This document shows, piece by piece, positions 55,351 through 64,000 of a DNA stretch of 64,000 nt (its first letter is position 1; each line of letters opens with the position of its first letter). The translations under genes were made by a program, and so were the position numbers. The stretch spans positions 111,493-175,492 of the forward strand of contig CAWEHK010000050.1 of the NCBI GenBank assembly GCA_963808625.1. Reading direction: 5' to 3'. Below the pieces are notes generated by a model that worked only from the letters and a program-made list of their open reading frames with translations, did not search any database and had not been told where the DNA came from. This DNA comes from an uncultured delta proteobacterium. GTDB lineage: Bacteria > Desulfobacterota > Syntrophobacteria > Syntrophobacterales > Syntrophobacteraceae.

Positions 55351-55872
55351 TCAGGCGTTCCCTCTCTGGAACATCATGATTTCCTCCACTCTGGCCTCTA
55401 CGAGATTGCCAAACCCATGCTTTTCCGCTTCCTCCAGGGTGAACTCACGGCTGGTGCTGCTGTGGACGGAGAGGAGCCCAAGTCCGGTGGCAAGGGCCTC
55501 GCGAACCCACCCGGACCAGGGCGCAAGAGCTATGCGGTCGCCATCGAGCAGCGCTTCCTTCGAAACCCGGACCGATTCGCCCATCAGTTCCAGATCGCGG
55601 TTGATCTCATCAACGAGACCCTGGTCCAGGCACGGGCGCCTGACCTTGACCGACTCGGCCGCCACCCTGAGGTAAATGACGAAAGGATCAATCGGAAACA
55701 CCTCGGGATGGCAGATCAGGCAACGCCCGGTTTCGTGGGGAACCGTGCTGTTCTCGGCAAAACGATTCTGCCGGGCGATTTCTTTGAAGTGTTCGATCGT
55801 ATAAGCGAGGTGTGATCTCTGTTCCGGCGCCATGTGCTCAAGCTCCTCGAAGGCGGTGTCTCCCGCCGTCAA
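55351..55872 (-). CDS. Hypothetical protein with CLICH motif
   Basis: 173 aa ORF with its start overlapping the upstream stop; coding-like composition. Confidence 0.7.
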   Translation of the reverse strand: MTAGDTAFEELEHMAPEQRSHLAYTIEHFKEIARQNRFAENSTVPHETGRCLICHPEVFPIDPFVIYLRVAAESVKVRRPCLDQGLVDEINRDLELMGESVRVSKEALLDGDRIALAPWSGWVREALATGLGLLSVHSSTSREFTLEEAEKHGFGNLVEARVEEIMMFQRGNA

Positions 55873-56234
55873 AACTTGCCCGTATCTTTAAAAAAGTCGC
55901 TGATGAGGCTGATCTTCCCATGCTCGAATTCGAACCACGTGACCCCTTCGTTTTCGTAGGGTTCGCGCTTTCGGCTAACCCCCTGATTGGTCCAGTGGAC
56001 GGCAACGCTCTCGCCCTCGGCGATAATCCCCAGGACCTCGAAGTGCAGTTGCGGATATTGCCGGAAGAGAATCTGAAAGAACTTGACGATCCGCTCCTTG
56101 CCGTAAAGGGGCTGCGTTTTGGGAAAAAGGAAGCTTGTATCTTCCTTCAGAAGATCCACCATGTCATCAATCACGCGGCTATTCATGCGGTTAAAGAACT
56201 CGGCCGCCAACATGCTGTTCGTCGTTGCAGTCAT
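55869..56234 (-). CDS. SnoaL-like / NTF2-family protein
   Basis: 121 aa, LYGKERIVKFF, IIAEGESVAVHW, YENEGVTWFEFEHGKI..ISDFF; SD GGAGGA. Confidence 0.82.
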   Translation of the reverse strand: MTATTNSMLAAEFFNRMNSRVIDDMVDLLKEDTSFLFPKTQPLYGKERIVKFFQILFRQYPQLHFEVLGIIAEGESVAVHWTNQGVSRKREPYENEGVTWFEFEHGKISLISDFFKDTGKF

Positions 56235-56403
56235 CCGTCCTCCTCCGCGAAATACGCCTTATACCAAGCTGCTTTCATTCGACAAGTTTCTCCTCGGGAG
56301 CGGACTCTGCCGTCCGCCGACAGGCTGGAAAGCCTGTCCCACGGTATGTTTCTCGATCCTTGTCGATGGTTCCAGACAGCGTATCACCCCGTGCTCGAAG
56401 GCA

Positions 56404-57270
56404 TCAAAAGTCCATCAGGCGTTTCTCACGCACCATGAGCGGCTGGTAGCCGAAGATGGCGTTCAGGTGATGCAAAAAGGCATGCTCGCCTTCTTCCCGC
56501 CACATCTGTTCGAGCGAGGCGTTGACTCGTTCGTACAACGCAAGCGCATCGTCAAGGCCGGAAGGGGCCTTGTCACCTCCGGTGCGGCTCGCGACTTCCC
56601 TGATCAGGTTGAGCCACATCTCGCTGACCCCCATGATGTAAAAGGGCCAGGACTTCTGAATCGGTAGCGACCAATGGCGATCGCTGGTATCTTCGAGGTG
56701 CGGCCGGCTGATCGTGCTGGTCTCGTCGCAGGTATCTCGAATAACAAGACCGCGATCCTTCATCGCCTTCAGCCAGGCATCCCCCTGGAGCGTCGCATAG
56801 ACCTTCCGGGCCGTTTCCGGGGGCGCATAGAAAATAAAGCTGAACTGATGCCCGGCCACGTCGCGAGCCGCTCTTCGATGGAAGCGCCAGAGCACAATCT
56901 CATCCCCGTATCGATCCAGGATCGGCGAGACCACCAAATGAGCCAGAAGAGGATCGAGATACCAGGATGGCGCCTTGTCCTCCGGCCAGTTCATGACCAG
57001 GCGGGCATACCACCAACCGTTTTCGGAAGAATTGATTCGCTCTCCCGCAGGCACCGATACCGGCATCATGCGAGGACCCACCGAAGCGCATCCCACAAAC
57101 GCGCATAGGACTAGGACTGCCAGGGCGAGGGTGAGGGTGGTTCTTGGCTCTTGGCTCTTGGCTGTTGGCGCTTCGCTCTTGGCGCTTGCCTCTTGGCTGC
57201 TGGCTCTTGGCCGTTGGCTCTTGGCCTTCAGGAGACGCAGCAGCGTCATGGATTGAATATTCTTACTCAA
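56404..57270 (-). CDS. Hypothetical lipoprotein
   Basis: Hydrophobic LTLALAVLVLCAFVGC segment; conserved-looking LWRFHRRAARD..GHQFSFIFY and HAFLHHLNAIFGY. Confidence 0.75.
   Translation of the reverse strand: MSKNIQSMTLLRLLKAKSQRPRASSQEASAKSEAPTAKSQEPRTTLTLALAVLVLCAFVGCASVGPRMMPVSVPAGERINSSENGWWYARLVMNWPEDKAPSWYLDPLLAHLVVSPILDRYGDEIVLWRFHRRAARDVAGHQFSFIFYAPPETARKVYATLQGDAWLKAMKDRGLVIRDTCDETSTISRPHLEDTSDRHWSLPIQKSWPFYIMGVSEMWLNLIREVASRTGGDKAPSGLDDALALYERVNASLEQMWREEGEHAFLHHLNAIFGYQPLMVREKRLMDF
57138..57228. repeat. Heptamer array TGGCTCT-type x13 inside the 5' part of ORF 56404-57270
   Basis: 13 consecutive 7-mers read directly. Confidence 0.88.
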
Positions 57271-57426
57271 GGCTGCTTTACTCTCCGTGACGGGCGGGCG
57301 TGCCTTGCAACCTGAACCGGGGATGAATAAATATTGATTGTGCGAACGCTTTTTCGTATGGTGAGGTACATCGTCTCATTTGCGGCTGAGTAAACCGCCC
57401 TGCTTTGAACAGAAGAGGTCCCGGCG

Positions 57427-57960
57427 ATGGCAAGCTCCAACGATACCTCGATTACTTCCGTGGACAAACGTTCCGGTCATGACCGCCGGGCCAAACAGAC
57501 TTCACCCTTCAGCCTCGCCAGTTTTCGCGGTCGCAGGAAAATCATTCGCCGCAGGGAAGACCATCCTGTCCATTATTACGTCGACCTCTACGGCATCGAT
57601 GAAGGCCTGCTGTTCACCGCCATCCTGCTGCTTTCGGTGGCCGATGGGTTTTTCACCCTGGTGCTCGTCGGCAACTGCCGCATCATGGAACTGAACTCTG
57701 TCATGTCTTACACCATGCAGCTCGGCCCCTGGCCCTTCGTGTTAGTCAAGTATTTCCTGACAGCAGGCGGGCTGCTCTTCCTGCTCATTCACAAGAATTA
57801 CATCTGCTTCCGTGGGAAAGTCAGGGTAAAGGCGATTATGGCTGCACTGGCAATCATGTATTCCGCCCTGATCACCTACGAGCTGTTCCTATTTCGTCAA
57901 TGCGGCTATTTTTCGACCTTGGCACTCTCGATGACAACGGGTTTCACCGGAACATTCTGA
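57427..57960 (+). CDS. Membrane protein, DUF5658-like
   Basis: [20 protein letters not shown]...[26 protein letters not shown]. Confidence 0.72.
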   Translation: MASSNDTSITSVDKRSGHDRRAKQTSPFSLASFRGRRKIIRRREDHPVHYYVDLYGIDEGLLFTAILLLSVADGFFTLVLVGNCRIMELNSVMSYTMQLGPWPFVLVKYFLTAGGLLFLLIHKNYICFRGKVRVKAIMAALAIMYSALITYELFLFRQCGYFSTLALSMTTGFTGTF

Positions 57961-58508
57961 TGAGGACCAGCGTTGGCTGTCGGCACCTTGGCTATCTTAT
58001 CCACAACATCCATGCCTTCAATCACTTTGCCAAAAACCGCATAGCCGAAACCCATGGGTGAAGCGTCCCGGTGATTCAAGAAATCGTTGTCTTTGAGATT
58101 GATGAAGAACTGCGAAGTCGCGCTGTCAATCACGTTGGTCCTGGCCATGGCAATCGTCCCGCGGTCATTCTTCAAGGCCCCGGCAGCTTCATTCTTAATG
58201 GGCTCATGGGTCTTCTTCTGGTTCATATCGGCGGTAAACCCTCCGCCCTGAATCATGAAATTATCGATCACACGGTGGAAGATCGTCCCATTATAAAAAC
58301 CTTCCTCCACATAGCGCACGAAGTTCTTAACGGTTTCCGGGGCCTTGTCCACCCATAGTTCAATGCGAATCTTCCCCTCGGATGTTTGCATTTCGACAAT
58401 TCGGATCTCAGGTTGCTTCATCTTCTCTTCGGCTCCCATGGCAGGGTTAACAAATGAAAGGACCAAAATGGACAATACCAACAACGCCAGGCTCTTCACA
58501 AACGACAT
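57906..58508 (-). CDS. ppiA: Periplasmic cyclophilin-type peptidyl-prolyl isomerase
   Basis: Signal peptide; [39 protein letters not shown]. Confidence 0.92.
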   Translation of the reverse strand: MSFVKSLALLVLSILVLSFVNPAMGAEEKMKQPEIRIVEMQTSEGKIRIELWVDKAPETVKNFVRYVEEGFYNGTIFHRVIDNFMIQGGGFTADMNQKKTHEPIKNEAAGALKNDRGTIAMARTNVIDSATSQFFINLKDNDFLNHRDASPMGFGYAVFGKVIEGMDVVDKIAKVPTANAGPHQNVPVKPVVIESAKVEK

Positions 58509-58541
58509 AACGGACACTCCCTGGTTAGTGAAAAAGTGAAA

Positions 58542-58590
58542 GTGATCAGTGATCAGCACTTACTTATCAGTTATCTGTAGCCAGTGTTCA
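58542..58590. repeat. Degenerate heptamer array (GTGATCA-type x7) upstream of the cyclophilin gene
   Basis: gtgatca gtgatca gcactta cttatca gttatct gtagcca gtgttca. Confidence 0.6.
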
Positions 58591-58790
58591 AAAAATAAGG
58601 CGCTCCTGACTTCGATACGCCATTTTCCATGCTCTGCGATGCTGACGCCGGAATCAATGTTATTTCATGAAAGGGCATTTCGGCACGCATACGCCCTAAA
58701 AATATCAGTGCAACCGGTCCTTGTCAAATACCTGGAAATGGGTATGGACATGGAAAAGGGTGGACGTGAGGGGATGATGGGCGGAGAATA

Positions 58791-58888
58791 GTGGGTAGTG
58801 GCTGGCGGCTGGTGGTTAGTATCCAGTGACCAGTGGCTGCTGACTGGTGGACAGCGGCTGGTGGTCAGCTGGTGGTGGCCGGCAGGCA
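58791..58888. repeat. Degenerate heptamer array (GTGGCTG/GTGGTCA-type x14)
   Basis: Period-7 G at the unit start throughout. Confidence 0.75.
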
Positions 58889-59075
58889 GAGGGCTGGGAG
58901 CCGGGTTGACGGTGGGCTCCGATTTTCCTCATGCACGGTCACCGTATGGGGGGATGACAATTTGTCTAAAAGAAGTTTGTTATGCTTCGTGTGACTTCGT
59001 AAGACTTCGTGTGATTTCGTGGACGCTTTTGGAAACCATGGAGGCGATGACAATCTACCGGAAAGGAGAGCAACC

Positions 59076-59528
59076 ATGAGGCGGTCCTTGATTGCGGTTC
59101 TCTGTGCAGCAGGGCTCACCGTGCTGGCAGGGGAGATCAGAATGGCGTTATTTCCAGACTCCTGCCTGGCGGCCCAGGACGCGCCCGCTCAAGGAGCAAA
59201 CCCGACGGGTGCCCGAGTTTCATCCGAGAGTGCCGGCCAGATCCCCACCTACACCGACGTCGCAACGGTCATGGCAAGATACCATTGCACCGTGTGTCAC
59301 GGTGGCGCCGAGCCGCGTGCCGGATTGTCGCTTGATGACCACAAGAGCATGATGAAGGGCGGCAAACACGGCCCTGTCATTGTTCCGGGCAATCCGGAAG
59401 AGAGTGAGCTCATCCGTCGCCTGAAGGGGACGAGCGAGCCCCGGATGCCCTACACCGGTCCGCCCTGGCTCTCCGACGCCGAAGTGGCGACGATCGAACA
59501 ATGGATTGCGGCTGGGGCGAGGGAATAG
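59076..59528 (+). CDS. Monoheme c-type cytochrome (planctomycete cytochrome c domain-like)
   Basis: CTVCH, GLSLDD..MMKGG..GPVIVPG.PEESELI, RMP, IEQWIAAGA; signal-like N-terminus; SD AAGGAG. Confidence 0.85.
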   Translation: MRRSLIAVLCAAGLTVLAGEIRMALFPDSCLAAQDAPAQGANPTGARVSSESAGQIPTYTDVATVMARYHCTVCHGGAEPRAGLSLDDHKSMMKGGKHGPVIVPGNPEESELIRRLKGTSEPRMPYTGPPWLSDAEVATIEQWIAAGARE

Positions 59529-59548
59529 TGGTTAGTGGCTTGTGACTA

Positions 59549-61672
59549 GTAGCGTGTCCTGGAAGTAAGGTGCTCCATTCCGGCAATTAGAATACTTGAA
59601 AACTGCGATTTAATTAAACCCTATTATTAGCTATTAATACCATCAACAATATGCTAAAAAGGTGACTATTCGCGTGATGCATTGGGTTTAATATAATGCG
59701 GAGTCACAGGTCATGGATTGCCGAAATATTGAGTTCTCCCCCGAGAAGTCTGCTGAACGTATGGAGAGAGCCACACGGGTTTTCCCTTCAGTGCTACTGA
59801 AACGAATCATCTTGTTCGTGCTATACCTGCTTGGGGCAAAGCGCGGGAGCGTCGCTTCGGTGATGGGCATACCGCAGGAATCGGTAAAGACAGCTGTGCG
59901 TGTCATTTTGCAAGATGGTTTTGCGGCTTTACGAGATCGCCGGCGGTCGGATGCCCCCGCCATCCCATACACCGTTGTGGCTCCCGTGCATGTTTCTGCG
60001 CGGCGCGAGGGTGAGTGGTGTGTGGTTGCTTTCGGCAGTGATGCCAATGAAGTGAAAATCCCAGCCGCGCATAAGATCCAGGCGAGGACCATCTTGCTGT
60101 CGCTTCTTAATTCTGAGCTGCTTTCCGTGCAAGAGACGGCGTCGGTGTTAGGAGTTTGCCCCGGGCATTGCCGCGAATTGGCCGTGAGCCTGATTCACGG
60201 CGACGTTCCAGACACATTGATCGACAAACGCCGCGGTCAGGCGCAGGATTACAAAGTCGGACCTGAGGAAAAAGCGGAGATAATCCAACAGTTCGCGGCC
60301 CGTGCCGTGACCGGACGTTCGACGTCAAGCGAAGAGCTGGCCAGGGTGGTCAATGAACGAACCGATGCTGGAGTATCGCCGCGTACGGTTCGCTGGCACT
60401 CGAATAAGCTCGGACTGGCCGGCATCAAGAAGACACTTCCGGAGTTGGTGTCCACACTAAAAAAAACTCATGACGATAGTGCGTGATGTGAACGTTCACT
60501 TTTCCTCAGCACGAGACCAGGGAGAGATCAAGAGGAGCGTGAAGGAGCTGGAATGCCAACCTGTGGGGGGGACCCAACGATGCGGTTTGCCGTGCCTATC
60601 CACCGCTAATGGCGACCGAGAGAGCTCCACGCCGCAAGGCAATCCATATTTTGGCGGCGGCAGGTATTGCGGTCAACGCCATTGCTTGTTTTGTGCAATA
60701 TTCCGTTGCCACGGTCCGACGCTGGATTCGCCGCGCAACCTGTTCTTTTTCGATGAATCACCCGGAATCCAGGTCCTTATGCGGCTTTCCCCAGATCTGC
60801 GGACCGAGGAAACGAAGAAACGGCTTGAGGAGTTTGAGTACATTCGCAATGGCACGATGGATGTCTTTGCTTTCCTCAACCATGCGGACGGAACCGTCTC
60901 TGCCGAATGTCAGGCTGAGCACACGACTCCGATGTTTCTTGGAGTTTTTGGGCGGCACATCTCCAGGCACTCGCCGACGGAACCGCTCCACTACGTCATG
61001 GACAATCTATCGACGCACTGTGGGTATCCGTTCTGTCAGGTGGTTGCGGAACATAGCGGGGTGGAATGTCCCCCCGAGAAAGAGCTCAAAGACGCGGAGA
61101 AGCGACGTCAGTGGCTGCAGTCCGAGCACAAGCGGATCGTCATTCACTTCACCCCTTTCCACGGTTCCTGGCTCAATCTCGTAGAGATCTGGTTCGGCAT
61201 CATGGGCGGTAAGATCCTCAGTGAATCTTGAACAACTTGGGATGGCGTTCGATGCATTCCTGGCAGAATGGAATAGTCTGCTTGCCCACCCTTTTCGTTG
61301 GTCCCATGATGGTAAGGGGTTACATCAGAAGGTCGTGAAACGGTTCACCGAAATGCTGGGCGCGGTAGCACAAATAGAGATGCCTACACTGACCAAACAA
61401 CTGCGACTGATGACAAATCTGCTTAACCACCATTTCACAGAAGTCTCAGAAGATGTGGGGAACGAATTTGCCGGCACACTGACCTCCCGGGCAGCGGTCA
61501 TAGCGGACATCATCGAGCGGGAAGACGGACCCCAACGGAAGAAAAAGGCAGAACAGGCAATGACGGCACTGACGATAACGCTGAGAGAGTGTCTCGACAG
61601 TGAAAGGGCAGCGGCATGAAATTAGAAAGCCAAATTGCCAAAATCGAACTCAAAACTTTCGGGACAAGCTAC
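59549..61672 (+). mobile_element. IS630-family insertion sequence, probably defective
   Basis: TIRs GTAGCGTGTCCTGGAAGT / ACTTTCGGGACAAGCTAC with a TA duplication in CTAG context; transposase fragments inside. Confidence 0.85.
59713..61619 (+). pseudogene. IS630 transposase in fragments (HTH ORF 59713-60486; DDE region to 61619)
   Basis: FFFDES, YIRNGT, VMDNLSTH, FTPFHGSWLNLVEIWF DDE motifs; A8 run at 60459-60466; several frame breaks. Confidence 0.8.
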
Positions 61673-61865
61673 TAGTTGTTGAGAAGTTACGGGTCCCAGG
61701 CTGGAGCTTGGGAACCAGTTTTAGACCAGTCTTGGCCAGTCTCAAATTTGAAAACCAGGCTTGACGGAGATTTTCACTCAGCCTATCAGCTTCTGCGTTT
61801 CTAGGTTTCTGAGTTCCTGAGCCTCCGAGTTTCCTGCGTTCAGTGCGCTCGCGAGTATTAGGGGA

Positions 61866-62653
61866 TTACATTCCCTCGAACTTGGGAGCCCGCTTGGCAA
61901 CGAAGGCCGCCACCCCTTCGCGCCCATCGACACTGCCGGCCATGGCGGAGATGGCGCGGGATTCTCTCTCCATCTGGGATCGAGGCTTTCCGTCGCTCCC
62001 GACAGGATCAGGCGCTTGGTTTCACCGAAAGAGCGGGTTGGTCCTTTGGCCAGCTGGTGAGCTATTTTCATGGCCTCCGGCAATACTTGGTCATCGGCGA
62101 CCACCTGGTTCACCAGCCCCCACTCCATCGCCTGCCTTGCAGAAAGCACCGAATTCAACAGCGCCAGCTCCTTGGCGCGACGCATTCCCACCATGCGCGC
62201 CAGGAAAAAACTGGAGCTGCCGTCCGGGGCCAGGCCGGCCCGGGTGTAGGCCATGGTGAACTTGGCTGATTCCGCGGCAATGGCGATATCGGTGGTCAGC
62301 GCCAGGCTGAACCCGCCACCCGCCGCCGTGCCATTGATGGCGCCAACCACCGGCGCATCCATCCAGTTGAATCGCGAGATCGCCCCGTGAAAAGCCTGGG
62401 TGATCTCTTTCAGATGGCGACTGACTCCTTCACCCTGGGCGGCAATGGTCTTCAGGTCGCCTCCCGCGCAAAACATTTTGCCGTTCCCGCTCAGCACCAC
62501 CGCGCGGACCTCGGGGTCTTCGTCACAACAGATGGCCACATCCAACATTTCCCGAGCCATCTCCAGGGTAATCGCATTGCCGTCTTCGGGACGATTGAGA
62601 CGGATGACACCAACACCATCGTCTCTTTCGAAAATGATCGAATTGTAGGGCAT
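61866..62653 (-). CDS. Enoyl-CoA hydratase/isomerase (PaaG-like crotonase); frameshift near 61980
   Basis: LNRPE, FCAGGDL, AINGTAAGGG, GLAPDG; natural C-terminus ...GREGVAAFVAKRAPKFEGM* in the adjacent frame. Confidence 0.9.
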
Positions 62654-62674
62654 GACTTTGCATCCTTGTGATTA

Positions 62675-62800
62675 GGAACTTCCAAAAATAGAAGGGCTTC
62701 TTTTACCACGAAGCACACGAAGGACACGAAGTGATTTCTTCGTGTCCTTCGTGGTTCAAAAAGGGTTGAAACGGGCGCAAGTTATTTTTGGACAGTTTCC
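62675..62800. repeat. Second copy of the 9-mer-palindrome MITE-like element (see 35035-35169)
   Basis: Termini GGAACTTCCAAAAATA / TATTTTTGGACAGTTTCC; same internal CACGAAG array with one fewer unit in the right arm. Confidence 0.82.
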
Positions 62801-63038
62801 AAGTGTTGCGGCCAGGTGTGGAAAGCTCGAAGCGAAAGGACCACCGGCGGCCCAACGACCCCGCCACAACCATGCTTGGTCTCTCCACGGCGCTCCGCCC
62901 AAAATGATAAACAATGCCAGCATCCTGGTCTCAGTGTTCCATCTGCCAATGTTGCCAGACCGGCCGCTGAGTTTTCTCTAATGTGGAAGAAACGTGAACA
63001 CCGGTCTGCCGCATCATCTACTCGCACCTCATTCTACC

Positions 63039-63860
63039 TTACGAGATAGCTTTACTGACCAGGCCTTTCAAAACTTTCCGATAATCGGGATCCGTAATCC
63101 TCGTGATCATGCGTTGGCTCGAGATTGAACACAGATCCACCTGCCCGGCCGCCAGCCAGTTGATGCATTGAGCGTACAGTTCGTATTCGAGGGCTAACCC
63201 ACGATTGCGAACTTTCTCCAGGTCATCATCGGGCCAGATGGGATAGACCGCCTGGGCGATGATCGGGCCGGTGTCCTCGCCTTCATCCGCAAAATGAATG
63301 GTAATGCCCCCCCACTTGCAGCCGTAGCCAATGGTGTCTTCATAGCCATGGGCGCCTGGAAAGGCTGGGAGCAGGGCCGGGTGGATGTTGACCACCCGCC
63401 ATTTACCGCCGCGGTTATAGTGGCCGAGGAAATACGGGCTCAGCAGCCTCATGAAGCCAGCCAGACAAACGTAATCGGGCCGATAGCCGTCGAGTATCTG
63501 AATGAGCTCATCCTCGGCAAGGACGAGCTTAGCCAGGCGCTGCAACGACTTCTCCGGATCAGGTATTTTCAGGATTTTCTGGCGGCGAGCCAATTCCTCG
63601 AGGTTTAGCGGGAGCTTCAACTCGAGCGGCTTCTCTATTTGCCGTTGCAGGTGGGCTTTGTAATCCACAACATGGGTTGGGACCCCTGCCCTTTCGGCTC
63701 GCACCAGGCCATAAGCTTCAGGACGGTCGCTCACCACTGCCACGATCTCGGCCGCCAGATCGCCCGCAGCAGAATGGTCCAGAAGGGCCTGAAGGTTGGT
63801 GCCACCGCCCGAAATAAGGACGACGATGCGCAGTTTGTCAGTGTCTTGCTGTTGGATCAT
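63039..63860 (-). CDS. purN: Phosphoribosylglycinamide formyltransferase (long form)
   Basis: VLISGGGTNLQAL, LAGFMRLL, NIHPALLPAFPG, GITIHF.DEGEDTGPII. Confidence 0.92.
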   Translation of the reverse strand: MIQQQDTDKLRIVVLISGGGTNLQALLDHSAAGDLAAEIVAVVSDRPEAYGLVRAERAGVPTHVVDYKAHLQRQIEKPLELKLPLNLEELARRQKILKIPDPEKSLQRLAKLVLAEDELIQILDGYRPDYVCLAGFMRLLSPYFLGHYNRGGKWRVVNIHPALLPAFPGAHGYEDTIGYGCKWGGITIHFADEGEDTGPIIAQAVYPIWPDDDLEKVRNRGLALEYELYAQCINWLAAGQVDLCSISSQRMITRITDPDYRKVLKGLVSKAIS

Positions 63861-64000
63861 TCTCTAAAAGCCTTATCCACGAAGTCACACGAAGATTCAC
63901 AAAGAAAAAACCAAAAAAGCCAAGGAACATGAATAGGTGTTTGTCTGGTTTATGATTTTGCTCTTTATCATTTCTCGCGTTTCTTCGTGTGCATTAGTGG

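Overview
Bacterial chromosomal DNA, probably deltaproteobacterial (Syntrophobacterales-like; an inference from gene style and content). Bases 1-43.4 kb form a large, compositionally mosaic cell-surface glycan region. It holds more than 15 glycosyltransferases (GT2, GT4/TuaH-like, two GT61-like paralogs, one probable GT-C), a priming polyprenyl glycosylphosphotransferase, a nucleotide-sugar dehydrogenase, wecB, wzm/wzt, FdtA/FdtB-like 3-amino-sugar genes, two hexapeptide acyltransferases, a putative sugar O-methyltransferase and a disrupted radical SAM domain. An intact IS4-like element (20-bp TIRs, 7-bp TSD) interrupts it. Bases 43.6-64 kb carry housekeeping and miscellaneous genes: ettA, a CPA2 antiporter, DUF3124, a 10x EF-hand secreted protein, an M42 peptidase, a four-helix-bundle protein, cyclophilin, a cytochrome c, a damaged IS630, enoyl-CoA hydratase and purN. 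Nearly every intergenic gap there is filled with REP-like hairpins, nested MITE-like elements and 7-10-bp-period arrays. The most striking structure is an Avd-like four-helix-bundle gene enclosed by inverted heptamer arrays with a perfect 27-bp in-register match, with many gene-less arrays of similar period nearby. About 20 genes carry single-base frameshifts, including ettA and wecB; these most likely reflect long-read consensus errors rather than real pseudogenes. No rRNA, tRNA or convincing CRISPR array was seen.
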